Shown here: positions 14,976 through 28,300 of the stretch, in pieces
How positions within the stretch are numbered: the stretch's first letter is position 1
Layout: the number at the start of each line of letters is the position of its first letter
DNA from: the human T2T-CHM13v2.0 reference genome, Homo sapiens
NCBI RefSeq assembly: GCF_009914755.1
Contig: NC_060935.1
Length of the DNA stretch: 64,000 nt
Strand: one strand, 5' to 3'
The notes under the pieces: generated by a model
Told to the model about the DNA's origin: nothing
The model's database searches: none
The model's input: only the letters and a program-made list of their open reading frames with translations
Translations under genes and position numbers: made by a program

Positions 14976-17505
14976 GGTACCTAACCTGCCTGGGGGTTTC
15001 AGGTAAGCCTTCCTGTTGAGGAGCTGGTCTTGCAATTGAGTGTGGGGAGGGGGGGATGTTTCTCATTTCTTTGCCCTCTCTGAAAGAGCAGACCCTCTGA
15101 GGACCACTACTTTTCAGTTTGGAAGACTATTGCAAAAGTCAGGGGAGAGAATATGAAGACCTGAATTGGAGCAATAATTTTAGGAATGGAGCAGAGGGGA
15201 AGATTTCAGGACTATACTATTTTACAGGTAAAATGGACAGGTCATGGTGATAGAATATGGGGAAGGAGGAAATTGAAGTGTGTCAAGAGTGGTTACCACG
15301 TTTCTGACTAGGGTGGTTGGGCAATTTTCATCAAGGCAGGGAATTCGGAAGAAGCATGATTTTGAGGTAAGAGGATAAGGTTTTATTTCTTTGCAGAAAA
15401 CCGAAGTGGACGAGTCCAACAGGTGGCTAGATATCCCTGAGTCCTGATGCTGTCAACCCAGCTATTAGTAGAAACTCCTAACTGGCCTCCCTGTCCCCTG
15501 TCTTGCCCCCCTTATATCAACCCATCCTCACTCAGCTGCCATGATGTTCAATCTGAAACACCAATCTGACTGTTATTCCCCAGTTAAATATTCTTCAATG
15601 ATTGTCCATCCTCTATAGGATAAAAATTTGATGTGTTACCTTGCCATGGATGGTTCTCTAAAGCTGGCCCCTGCCAACCTCTTCAGCCTCATCTATCACT
15701 GCCTGCTTCCCCTGAGCTCCTCCGCAAGAAGTCAGAGCCGAGCCCAGGCCCAGGCGAGGGGTTTGATGATTCAGTGCAAATAAGGAGTGCTAAGTCTGTG
15801 CCTTTGGAAATTGGACCCTTTCAACATGAGCAGAATTAGAAATGCTTATCCTCAGTTGCAGAAATAGAATTTCAGTTTCAGCCCAGGAATCCTCAGCAAG
15901 GCTATAAAACTCAGACTGGCAAACAGGTTATTACAGTCAAGCCCCGTCACCAACATGCCCTGCACCTTCCACGTTTCCAAAATTTGCAGAGGAAAGAAGA
16001 ACACCATCAGGAGTGAAGCCTCCTCTCCCATTCTTTTCTCCCATTAGCTATACCTGGTGAACTCAAGGCACCAAGGACATAAAAACGAACTCCTCTTCCC
16101 ATAAACTCCTGGGACCCCATTAAACATAAACTGCCTAGCATTCACTTCACTGCTCCTGAAAAAGGAACGGGATCGATTTTTCTCGGCTGGGGAGCAAAGG
16201 CTCACGATCTGGAGCTGAGGTTTAGACTCATCAGACATCTCTTCAGAAGAGGATTCACTCTCTGTGAGGCTCCTGGCATTCACTGCTGACGTTTAGCTTG
16301 TCAAATCAATGCTGAGGGGAGCAGCATCCTCCTCAAAGATTACAGGTCAAAGGAACAAAAAGAAAAATTTTTAGAGAAGCATTTACAGAAAGGATGAGCC
16401 CCGACAAGAGGCTTGTTCTAGCTGAGCAGAGACACACAGTTGAGGAAAAAGAAATCTTCCAGCCACCTGTGGAATGTTTCTACCTTTATTTTGCATGCAG
16501 GGAGGATTTGCCTGTTTACCTGGAGGTTGAGTTACCAGCACTATGAGAGAAAGGGTGATTTCAGGCCATCTTTCATGGTTCAGTACACTGCACATCTTTC
16601 TCTCTTGGTGTAATGATTCCAAAGAGCCTTTGCCATTCCCATTTGTTCAACATTAAATGACTTTTAGCAATGAGAGTGGTGCCCCTGGGATGAAAGCTGT
16701 TAGCTTGGCCATGACTCCGGCACCTATGCTGGCCCTTCCCCTCCAAGGTGTTCCTTTTTCATAGTGTCTTTGACCCAGCCTTGACTCGAGGCACCACATG
16801 CCCACAAATCTAGCCTCAGGAGAAATCGGTCTGAGTAAAAACATCTGTTTCACCTTCACTCTCAGGCTCAGTTTTGTCCCTTTATGGACAGATGGGACTT
16901 ACTGCCCCCAGACACTGCTGTCCTCAGCTGTGTGGGACATTCAGTAAGGCTTATTTCTTTGCATAAGCAAGGATTTTAGAATTCATTTCCCCAGATTTTT
17001 TTCTTACAAGAACTAATAAACATTTTTAAATGTCTGTAAATTTCCAGAACAAATATGTATCAGGAGTTTGATGATAGCCTCTACTGCACTGTGGGTAGCT
17101 AGCAATTTTAAGGTCAGTGAGAGGAAACAGTGGAATTGGACACACAGACGTTTGCCTTCACACCTAATCTAAGTCCTGTTCTGCTCCTTGATGCTATTCC
17201 TTCATTGTTATTTCTTCCGCTGCCTTTCCGTGTGCTCTGGTGAATGTGTAGAAAATTCCAGGCAGCAGGAGGATTTTTGCTGCAGTGTACTGCCAGTGCC
17301 ATTGCCTGGATCATTAATTATCACTGCTAGTGAAAACATGGAATTGGACAATTGGTAAAAAGTAATTATTTACCATCTGTTATAGGTTCTCACATGTAGT
17401 TACTTAACAATGGAAGTGACTGTAAAGTAAAGGTAATGATAGCAGAAAAGTGAATGGCGGACAACACCAGAAAAAAGATTTCATCCTTCTAACAGTGGAC
17501 ACTGC

Positions 17506-17567
<62 letters not shown>

Positions 17568-17697
17568 CTTCCTTCCTTCCTTCCTTCCTTCCTTCCTTCC
17601 TTCCTTCCTTCCTTCCTTCCTTTGTTCCTTGATTATCTCTCTCCCTTCTTTCCTTCTCTTCTTCCTTCTCCTTCTCCTCCTCCTCCTCCTTCTCTTA
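17506..17697. repeat. Compound (TTTC)n-(TTCC)n-(CCT)n polypyrimidine tract
   Basis: Direct inspection. Confidence 0.95.
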
Positions 17698-20600
17698 CAT
17701 AGCTGAAGTACACTAACCATCCATTTGTTTGCTCAAACCTCCTCTTGAGTGAACCTTTCTAGAAGTCCCTGGATTCCCTCTTGTAGGCTACCCTAGCAAT
17801 ATGTGAGCATGTTTGTCTCTATTTGGGCATATGTCATGTTATATCATAATATTTTGTTTTCATGTCACAGCCAGGTCTTTTGTACATCCCACTTACCTGT
17901 CTGCTTACTCACTGAATCATGAAATCCTGAAGCAAAGAGATGTTTGTCTTTCCAGTGCCCACATGGTACCTGACATGTAACACACATTTACTAATTTTTT
18001 TAAGGAAGATATACATGAATTTCCCTCTCTGAATCAAACCATTTAAAACCCAAATTATTCATCAACATAAAATGTTGAAGTTGATCATCAGTGTTGATGG
18101 GAAATTTAATAAGTTTTTCTAGAGGGAAAGACCCCTGTCCTTGGCTCCTTATCAACTAGAGCCCCTGGGTACAATTCCCATTGGTATTTAGGCTCCTTCA
18201 TTGTAAACAAATGGACAAGATTTACAGATCCAAGTACCAGAGTAGTTCTGAGGCTGTTGTAAGTGGGCTCCCTCACATACCTGTTTTCCCTTTATTTGTG
18301 TTATAAGGGGATGGATATGTAGAGAAAGGAGCTCCTCCCCAAAATATCATCATTCACTCATCCATTCATTCAGTACTTATTTCTTGAGTGCCTATTATGT
18401 GCCAGGTACTGTGAGAGGTGATGATGAACACACACTTTGAAGTCTTTCTTTTCAATGCCTCAGTCTACTAAGGGGAACATCTTATTAAAATATTTGTAAA
18501 TGATGGTATAGCAGCCTAACTTTGATACCTAGTAAGGTATAAGGTACTGGGAGAGCACAGAGAAGGAGAAAGATCTTGATTAACTGTATACTAAGCAAGC
18601 AGAGCTGTGAAATGGATTGTAGGGTTGCCAGGCTGGACTTGGGAAGCTGAGGCTGGAATCCGTGCATTATCTGTTTATAAAATGAACAGGTCAAATTTGT
18701 TAGGAAGCACCATGCGTGAGGCCAGACTGTAGAGAGAGACACAATTTCAGGGAAAGTTCCCTGGACTCCCAGGGAAAGATAGCACAGCTGAGTTGGGCAT
18801 ACTGCCTGGGAAATGTCCCTGTACCCCTTTCATTCAGAATGTCCAATAATGCCTAGCATGGTCACTAAGGACTACTGAGAGAAGGCTGCCAGGAGGGTAT
18901 GTTTTATAGAACATCTTGAGCCTCTGGAGTTATTTTGGCCTCCCTCCCACTTCCCCTTTACCTTCCCTTCCATAGAAAGGTGCTGGTGATAAGCATTGGG
19001 GTCCAAGAACATAATTTAACCTGAGTTCTCGATCTCTCCAGCTTTCTGAAGGATCCAAGTCAAGAAACGCTTTGCAATTTACAACCCCTACCTTGTGGTA
19101 CTGCCAAATCTTTCTTAAGAAGGCTGTTTTATATTCCCTCTTGAGTTTAGTATGCCATGTTTCCCTTCGTATATTAAAAGATGAAAATCAAGGTGATGGA
19201 CATGTTCCCTTAGTACCAGAGTCAGCTGTCAAGTTTCGCTGGTTGACTTTATCTCCTCCTACAACACTTCATTGCCAGTATGATCTTCACAGGGAGAACC
19301 TAGGAGAGTACATATGTCTCTCTCACTTTTTTCACCTGGTGAGCTACCTGGGAGGTGACCAGAAAAAAAGAAAGTGAAATTCATACACAAGTGGGTCCAA
19401 AATACTGTTGATTTTATAAGATTTTAATGCTGTACTGAACTGAGAGAACAAATTGTGTTTTATATTTAACTCCAGCAAGAGACTTTATGCTTAATAGGTT
19501 TTTTAATACAGTTTGACCTAGTACTGTCAAGAGAAAAACTACATTTGTTCCCACCTTACATTCAGGATGTGATTTCTGCAGATAAATAATTTGCAATGCA
19601 GTTTCTATTACTAAGCCAGTGTTTCACACATCTGTTTTATGTTTCATTAATGGTACAACAAATGAAACCATCAACCATCCTGCTTCTCTACATTAATTCA
19701 ATGTATAAGAAAAATGTGTGATGACTCTAGACAGTAAGGCCAATTACCATGTCAGGGAAATCTACTAGTTTACTTATGGATCTGCGAAGGCTGCCAAAGC
19801 ACAAATCACCACCCCAGCAAATGGCTATCCAAGTTCCCATTTAAATGAAGAAGGAGCACCATGGTCTAATCCACAGCAGAGCAGTTTAGAACCCATTAAG
19901 TACTAATTTAACTTAATATCCAGTACCAAACTGATGATGAATAAGTCAATTGGAATGGGAAGTAATGGCAGGAGACAGGCATCTTGAGGAAGGTGGTGGA
20001 GGGGCTTCCCAACCTTCTTAAAAAAGAGGCTGTCTTGGGCTGGACCAAAGAGACCGTGTTATTTTCTGTAGTAATGAGTATAAGAGGAGCACGTTATACA
20101 CATCCCTCATGCTACACAAGTATTGCAAAAGACCTAGAAGGATGGGGCACTCGGTTGGCTTGGGTTGCAAAGAAAATCAAGGGTTGAGCCAAGTTCTCAA
20201 TTCTGAATTTAGTATGGGCTTTACCCATTCTTCTTCATATACAGGCATGATGTCTCTGAGGTGCTCTGTAGATCATTTCCCTTGTATCTATGTTCCAACA
20301 ATAATAACACTTTTGTACTAGGAAGGTCACATCCCTTCATTCAGCTTTTCTTCTAACAAGAATGTACACTTATTGGGGGTTGGCTTAGACTATGGAATTG
20401 GAGTGATCTGGTTTGGACTTGGGGGACATAGCTCTGCGGAGAATATCTCAAGCCCACCCACTTCACTGGCTCCTTTTCCTTCAGTTCCCTTGAATAGAGC
20501 CTTTCATGATGCCTACTGCTGATTTCTAACATCCTGAATGGCTCTATGTGTGGTACTTGCCACCCACTGACATCCTGCTGACTCTTTTATCTCAGAATAT

Positions 20601-20719
20601 TTTATAAGGTCCTTTGTGATTGGGTGCAGAAAAAAAGTCAGAGTCGCAGTTTTTACCTTCTTTACATTTGATTGCAACATGACTGTGATGCATAACATGT
20701 TAATGAGGGATGTTGAGAG

Positions 20720-21350
20720 GGAAGTGTGTGGATCTGAGTGGTAATGCTGGAGGAAAGATATCAGGGGAACCCAAGTCTAGATGAAACTTAAGAGTTGACC
20801 TGCCAGAGCCAGGTGTCATAATATACCAAGGAGCACAAAAGAGGGGCATCAAATCTAACCTGTCCTGAGGGATCGTGATTAGGAAATGTTCCCAGGAAAA
20901 ATATGATAGTTGGCCAAATAAGAAGTATGAAGGTTGGGAAGGTATTAGAGGCAAATATGATGGTATCAGAGAAGCATGGCGTGAGAAACAGCATGGCGGG
21001 GCTGGTGGCCTCGAGTGTAAAATTCAGGTAGGAAATAGCAAACATGGAGCCCAGAGGAGGAGAAGGGGTGAATTTGTGCAAGGCCTTGTATGCAGTGGTA
21101 AGGAGGCTGTGCCTTATTTAACAAGTAACAGGAAGTACTGACTGGGTTACATAGGGGAATGAAGGAACAAGTGCAGTTTCAGGATGTGCTGGATGAACCT
21201 GGAGTAACAAGCCAGGAGGCAGGGAGAGTGACCAGGAAGGCACATACAGTCGTCTGGATAGGGGATAAGGAGGGCCCAAACTATGACTGTGAGGTTGGGA
21301 TGAAACAGAGAATCATGAATCATTTAAGAGGATTGGGGTCTCCAGTAGTC
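20720..21350 (-). mobile_element. Degraded L2 fragment
   Basis: GAGCACAAAAGAGGGGCATCAAATCTAACC..; GGCCTTGTATGCAGTGGTAAGGAG; boundaries approximate. Confidence 0.5.
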
Positions 21351-23697
21351 TAGGAGGGGAGGAAAGGCACCTGTGACAGGCAAAGGCCATGGGCACTCCC
21401 TTTGTAGCAAGTTACTGAGAGATCAGAACTGGGATTCCAGGGACTATAATAGCCAAGGCCCAGGTCAAACCAGCAATACAGAGGACCTAGTGCCCAGACA
21501 GGAGGCCTTCCTCCACCTCAGCCAGCACTCTTTGCCCACTGCTGCCATGAGTTTGAGTTGGTCTGGAACCAAGAGGAGCTGGTGGTGTGGGAAGTGGTGA
21601 GGTCAGCAAGTCTGGGAGTAGAAAGCGAGGGAGGCCAGAGGCAGGAGAAAAAGGCTGGAGCTGCAGATTCAGGCTGCAGATGGTCTGTCACTTCTATCTC
21701 CTGCTGCTCTGGGAGAGAACCCTGAAAATCAGCTCCAGTGCATGGCACCTGCTCAATGCCCTCCTCTGACTGCAGCACACAGGTTAGGCCTCATACACCC
21801 TGACTCCTCACCAAGGATGTCCTGGCAAAAAAAGATCACATGATGGTACCAGCAGCTAGCCCAGACCTGACTTTTTCAGAGACAATAGGGACTTGACCAC
21901 TGTTACCCCAAAATCTACAAGGATCATTCACTTGTGTTGTCATTCTCTAAACATTTACTGTGGCTTACAATGTGCCCAGCACTATGCCATCAGGCATTAC
22001 AGGGTATGCGATGCCACAAAGAAGATTTGGATGTGAAACTTACCCTTAAGGTCAACTGCAGATATTACAGTCTGGTGGGGGAAACAAGGTAGGCACAGGA
22101 ATGACTATGAAACAATGTTCAGATCTGCTAGAGAGTGAGACATAAGTTACAGACATTCTAAGGAGGAACCTGTGGAAATTTAGGGAGCTAAATTTTCTGT
22201 TGTGGACATCCCAGAGGTCCAGGGAAGAAATGGCCATTGAACTGGCCCTTGATGAACAGGAAGAACTAACCATCCTGGTGGAAGAAAATGTCTAGAAAAC
22301 ATCAGAAATAGGAAGGCTCGGGAAAGGATCATTGAGTAGATGGGCTTATTTACTATGAAGGGGACAAAAGAAAGTTGAGGGGAACAGGCTGAACGGTGGG
22401 CCCAAAGGACACGAACAGTCAGACTGCATGTCTGGACTTGATTCTGCCAGCTGCAAAAAAAGCCAGTGGGTCATTTTGAGCAAAGAATGATATTTTCAGG
22501 AGATACCCAGAGAAAGCTGGTTTTTTGCTCATGACTTAGCCCTAAACCATGAGAAATGTCCCACTCCTTAATTTTCCCCTGCTCTGGCTATAAATGCCAA
22601 TACAACAGTTGCCTGGCTATAAATGCCAGTACTCCTTTTAAGCTTGCAAAAACCCAGTTCTGCTTTGAATATGGTGAGCTATTGACTGACTTAAGTATCT
22701 CCTCTTTTCTTTCACAGGAATGCCTTTTGTGCCTAGCTGATAAGTCTAAAAGGACATATGCTCAGCAGGTGCCAAGAGCAAGCCATATTTGGGGATGTAG
22801 AGCGTTTGTGGAAATTAGAGCTCAATAATATATATGAAGAACTGTTGTGTAACAAGCACAATGAAATATTCATCTCATTCATAAGGTTCAGAAAAATATA
22901 ATAAAAGTCCCCCAGGGACAACCTGCGATATTGGAGAAATGTTAATGTTGTCTTCTGATCTCAGAATGCACACATCGGTCTTAAAATAGAACACCCTGAA
23001 GGTGACAGTGATCTTATAGGAAAAGGCAAAAGGAAAAGGACATGGGGCAGGGATTCCTAATACCTGACAACAAAGCTCCAGCTGTCACTGGGCTAAGAGG
23101 CAACCACCAGGGTCAGGCCATGGATCTCAAAAATGGGAAGTGAGGAAGATGAGGACAGCTATTCCTCCAAGATCAGTTGAGAAAAAGGATTACATTTTCC
23201 TCCTTAAAGTTCTCTTTTTATTTATTGGATGAAAATTACCTTCATCCAGGATTTAGATTCCTTGTCTCTGATAAGATCATTTAAACCTTTATCTGTTCAA
23301 AATTTCTTCCATTTATTCTATTCTTTCTCTGTAGTTAGGTGTCATGTTTGTAAACTGGATGCCCCAGGCCTTACTGGACTGCACATAGAAAAGATGTCTT
23401 ATTAATCCTAACAGTATAAGACTCCCTGCTCATATGGTCCTCCAGCCCTCCTGAGAAGTGCTCCAAGCATGTTTCAGAATCACCATGAACATGTGCTCAT
23501 AAACTTCCCTGTCAGCCTCCATCACCTACCACCAGATACTCACACCAGTGTTCTCTGCATGTGAGGTAGCTTGAAGTCATACCCTTGCAAGTGCCAATTA
23601 GACTTTCCAAAAAAAAAAAAAGTTGAAGCCAAGGGTGCTGCTGTTAAATGATCCCCAAATCTCCATGCCTCAAGGTGCCAGATAGGTGCTAGGTAGC

Positions 23698-24057
23698 TGA
23701 TATGGTTTGGTTCTCTGTCCCCACCCAAATCTCATCTCGAATTGTCATCTCCACATGTCGATGAGGAACCTGTAATCACATGTCAAGGGAGAGAGGCGAT
23801 TGGATCATGGGGGTGGTTTCCCCCATGTTGTTCTCATGATAGTGAGTTCTCACAACATCTGATGGTTTTATAAGTATTTAACATTTCCTCTTGCCTGCTG
23901 CCATGGAAGATATGCCCGTTTTCCCTTCTGCCATGATTCTAAGTTTCCTGAGGCCTCCTCAGCCATGTGGAACTGTAAGTCAATTAAACCTCTTTCTTTT
24001 ATAATTACCCAGTCTCAGGTAGTATTGTTTATAGCAGTGTGAGAATGAACTCATACA
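23698..24057 (+). mobile_element. THE1 (THE1D-like) solo LTR
   Basis: TGATATGGTTTGG..CCCCACCCAAATCTCATCT start, AATTAAACCTCTTTC, ..ACTCATACA end; TSD GTAGC at 23693-23697 and 24058-24062. Confidence 0.92.
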
Positions 24058-24366
24058 GTAGCACATCAAAGTGGGAAACATGGCCTTCCATGGCTCCATG
24101 CCCCCTTTTTCCTGCTCTGCCTGTAATAACAATTCTTATGCCCAAATAACACAACTTTTCTTCAGCTTCTCTCTTATCCCTTGTTCCCAAGGAGTAGGGT
24201 GGGGGATAAGACAGGATACCATCCTATCCCATCCTCTGTATTGTCTTCATGTCTATAATCTCCCTATCCTGTATCCTAGGTTAAAAACATTAAACATCAA
24301 GTTCATGAAAATTTTTTAAAAAGACATATACACTCATACACACATGCCATCTTCTTCCTTCCTCCA

Positions 24367-24686
24367 TGTCTTAGTTTGTTTCTATATCAGAATACCTGAG
24401 ACTGAGTAATTTATAATTCTGGAGTTCTAGAAGCTGGGAAGTCTAAGACTGAGGTGCCAGTGTCTTGGGAGGGAGTTCTTGCTGCATTATCAAGTGAAAA
24501 GGCAAGAGATGGAGAGGGATAGTGTGGGCAAGAGAGGGCAAAATTACTCCTATGATAACAGCCTTATTCTATTTGTGAGTGTGATGCCCCTGACCCAAAC
24601 ACCTCTTATTAGGCCCCAACTCTCAACACATTGGGGATCAAGTTTCCAACACATAAACTTTGGGAAGACACATTCAAATGATAGCA
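24367..24686 (-). mobile_element. MST (MSTC-like) MaLR solo LTR
   Basis: TGTCTTAGTTTG..GCTGGGAAGTCTAAGACTGAGGTGCCAG..TTGGGGATCAAGTTTCCAACACATAAACTTTGGG..CACATTCAAATGATAGCA. Confidence 0.8.
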
Positions 24687-25535
24687 CTTGATCTTCTACC
24701 AAAAAAAAAAAGCGTATCAAGTAATGTAGATAATTGAGATCAAAAAGCCTCTCAGCTCCACAGTCAACTCTAAATTCCATGCAGGGCTGATCTAGGCTTC
24801 CCTGCTACAAGATCCCCCCACCTTGTCAGAAGGCTGGTTTTCTATAATCATTTATAGTCTAAAACCAGTTTTCACAATTGGCACTCCTCTGGTATCAACT
24901 GTTGAAATCTGTTTGCCAAAACACTGCCTCATGCAAGGCTCCAATTTGTTGCTGAATTGCTGCTCTTTGTTGTGAAAGGACAGTTTACCATTTTGGGCAA
25001 AGAACTGGGTTTATAAGTGTTTATATAGCAATTTGTAGAATAGCATTTTAAGATGACTTCAGCAGTTAGCTGTCAGGACAATATTTGCCTTCTGCAGAGC
25101 AATGAATTGGAACAAGCATGAGCTTTGGTGTCAGATAGACATAGGTTTGAATCTCAGCTCCGCCAGTTACTGTCTGTGAGAATTTAACCCTTCTGAGACT
25201 CAGACGTGAACTACAGCCAATAAAATATTGTCATGAGGATTAAATTAGAAGACATACGTAAGGCTCCTAGAGTAAAGGGACTCTATAAATGGTGGCTACC
25301 ATTATTTATGTTATTACTAAATCATATTGCCTAAGGCTACAGAAGAAAAACATTTCTAAACACTTAGGGCAAACCAAGAACGTACATGGATGGCACTTAC
25401 ATGTCTGTCTCTACTTCCACACTCACAGCAAACATTATTAATTAATAACCATACTCTTTCCTGCTGAGGTGAAATGTGGCCTCGGAATCCTCAACACAGT
25501 GTCACAAGCAGTCACTAACTACTTCTATTTATTTT

Positions 25536-25723
25536 GTAAATAAAATACAGAAGGCCCAGTTACAGTTGAATGTTAACCAGTGAATTTAGTATAGGTCTGT
25601 CCCATGTAATATTTGGGATATACTTACACTAAAAATACATTAAAGATTATTTTACTAACATTATTCATTGTTCATTTGAAATGCAAACATAACTGGGAAT
25701 CCTGTATTCTATTTGGCAACCCT
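25536..25723. mobile_element. MER53 palindromic hAT MITE (left end eroded)
   Basis: AAATAAAATACAGAAGGCCCAGTTA..TAGTATAGGTCTGTCCCA / TGGGATATACTTACACTA..TAACTGGGAATCCTGTATT..TGGCAACCCT; internal inverted symmetry. Confidence 0.85.
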
Positions 25724-25829
25724 TATTATAGTCTGCACCTGAGTTGGAGTTGACTTGCTATCTCTGACCTCTACATTAATCATCACTTCAGGCAGTAGAA
25801 TGATTAAAACTCGGTTCTAATTAGTTTTA

Positions 25830-26250
25830 GGGGTAGCTATTAGATTATGTAGCTTGGAATTACATCAGGCACTGATGGATTCAAGAGCTTAAACAATAGG
25901 TGAGGTCTCTAGCCCTCTTTTCAGCCCTCAGTCCCACTTCCCTGTTGGCTTCTTCTACAGTCTAGCTCTTTCCACCTGACAAAGAGGAAGCCTCCCCCGA
26001 TGGCAGATTTATTTATTCCCAACTTAACGACGAGGGAATTTCCATCTCTCAACTTCTCTGTAGCACTTCAGGGCAACTCTGATTGGCCTAGTGTGGTTTC
26101 TGCACCCATCTCTAAACCTGTAACTGTTGCTATCAGGACAGGCCTAGACTGGACCATGGGTCTGTGCCTATGGTGGGGGTTGGATTAAGATACCTAGCTG
26201 GGTAGTCCCACCAGGATCATTTGGCATGGGATGGGTACCATTCTCAAAAG
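25830..26250 (-). mobile_element. MLT1K-like old MaLR LTR fragment
   Basis: TGGATTCAAGAGCTTAAACAAT; CTCTGATTGGCCTAG..GCACCCATCTCTAAACC. Confidence 0.5.
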
Positions 26251-26996
26251 AAGCAGGGTGTCAGGCAGGAAAAAAACAACAGGGTCCATTTCCACCCTGT
26301 ATTGTATAATCCAATTAGAGAAAGACTTCAATATATAGAAGGTCAAAATCTGCAACTGAGAAACAAATATGTAATAAACCATAGTAAACCCAAGGTACTA
26401 GGGCATTTATGAAGACAAAAAAATAGTAACCTGTCATAACCAAATAGTTTATTGCAAGAAAGATGCAGGCAGAGAGAGAGAGAGAAAGAGAAAAGAGAGA
26501 GAGGGAGAGAGTTGTTGTGAGTGATTCACAGAGACAGTAAGAATTGCTAGTAAATGCTCCTTAGGGAAACATTTCTGACTCAGTATTGGTTTTCAAATAG
26601 TTTCAAAGCATGGGGAAAAATTCCACGGTTTCCTCACATCATTGAAACACCTGTCTGTCAGAACCCAAAAAGTTGACTATGAAAGGTACTTAAAGAGTCA
26701 TTCCCCTTGCAATGTTTATAGCTGTATAGAGAGTAAATGCAAGGGTATGCAGGAGACTGTCAGGGTTTGAATCCCAGCTCCACCACTTGCCTGCTGATGA
26801 ACTTGGACACACTGACTAATACATCCAGCATTTCTGCACTGGGGAGCTGCTGCTGGGACAAGGGCCCCTCCTGGGGAGAGGCAGGGATGTCTTGGGTAAC
26901 AAGGTCTACAGCCAAAGAAAGTCTCCACAGAAAGGGGCTATGGGCAGGGCAGGAAATAAAACACAAACAGACCACCTATTTAAGAAAGTAAGCTTA

Positions 26997-27037
26997 CCCT
27001 ATCCCCATCCCCATCCCCATCCCCATCCCCATCCCCA
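26997..27037. repeat. (CCCCAT)n hexamer repeat, about 7 units
   Basis: Direct inspection. Confidence 0.95.
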
Positions 27038-27710
27038 TTCTTGTGTGGAATCCCAGGATCTCATGGAACACTTTTTATGCACACCATCTATAACAAAAGA
27101 TAAGTGTCCCAAGAGGGGTATATTTAAAATGTTATAGGGAAACAGAGAAGAGATGAAGGTGAGGGGGAGGGGAATAAGGCCAGAGGAGCTTGAAGATGTG
27201 TTCACTGAAAAAAAAGATGAGATCTAAGTGTGAGTTTGAAGGATGACTATGAGTCCCCCAAACAGAAAAGAGAAGCAACAGCCCAAGAAAACACAGAAGC
27301 ATGAATATGCATGGCAACATCTTCCAACATTTTTGACTCTTAAATCTTACATTTTCACCTGTTACACACTCAAAGGCTCTCCTGTTCTGTTTTGAAAGAG
27401 AAAAATAGGTAAATAATTTTGTGTATTGATTTGTTTAGAAATTAGGAATTAAAATAGAAACCATCACCTCTTCCAATGACATATATCTCCTGGAGCATCA
27501 TTGTGAATCCTGGAATGTCTGGACAACATGTCAAGAAGAAACTAGAGGAGCAAAAGGGATCAGGGCTGCAAAGTCTTATGTGTTATGCAAGGCATGTGGA
27601 CTTTATGTGATAAACAAAGGGGAAGCAAGGAAGGTTTTCAAGTAGAGGTTTGACCAAATGTGGTGCTGTGAAATGGAAAGTTACTTTTTCATAATATTAG
27701 TAACTATAGC

Positions 27711-28300
27711 TGTCGTGGGCAGCTTCTAAGATGGACCCCCAGTGAAACTCACTCCCTTGTGGTCCACCTTTGTATGATCCTTTTCCCCTTGAATGTGGTC
27801 TATACCTAGTGACTTTCTTCTGATAAATAGATTATAACAAAAGGAGTTGAATGCCACTTCTGAGATTATTACAAAAAGACCATGTCTCCCGTCTTGCTGG
27901 CCCTCCCTTGCCCTCTTGCTTTCTCACACTGATAGAAGCCAGTTGCCATGTTTGAGCTGCACAATACAGAGGTTCACATTTCAAGAAATTGAGGAAGCCC
28001 TCCAGTCAACAGCTGGGGGAAACTGAGTCCCTTAGTCCAGCAGCCCACAGGGAACTGACTCTTTCCAACAATCACAAGAGTGAACTTGGAAGCAGATCCA
28101 ACCTCAGTCAAGCCTTCAGATGAGACTGCAGCCCCACCAACACCTTGATTATTAGCCTTGTCAGAGACCCTGAGGTAGAGACACATAACTTAGTTGTACC
28201 CAGATCCTGTGCCACAGACAATATGAGATCATAAATGTTGGTTGTTTTAAGCCACTAAGATTTGGGAAAATTCGTTCCACAATAATATATAATTAATACA
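27711..28300 (+). mobile_element. MLT1F-like MaLR solo LTR
   Basis: TG..GCAGCTTCTAAGATGG..; CCTTCAGATGAGACTGCAGCCC; TTGTTTTAAGCCACTAAG..TAATACA end; TSD ATAGC at 27706-27710 and 28301-28305. Confidence 0.85.

Noticed and set aside
15902-15912. Isolated TATA box GCTATAAAAC
   Set aside because: A single short motif is expected by chance in 64 kb, with no supporting CpG island or downstream gene structure
17450-17720. Lys/Arg-rich and Phe/Leu/Ser-rich ORFs
   Set aside because: Artefacts of the TTTC/TTCC microsatellite
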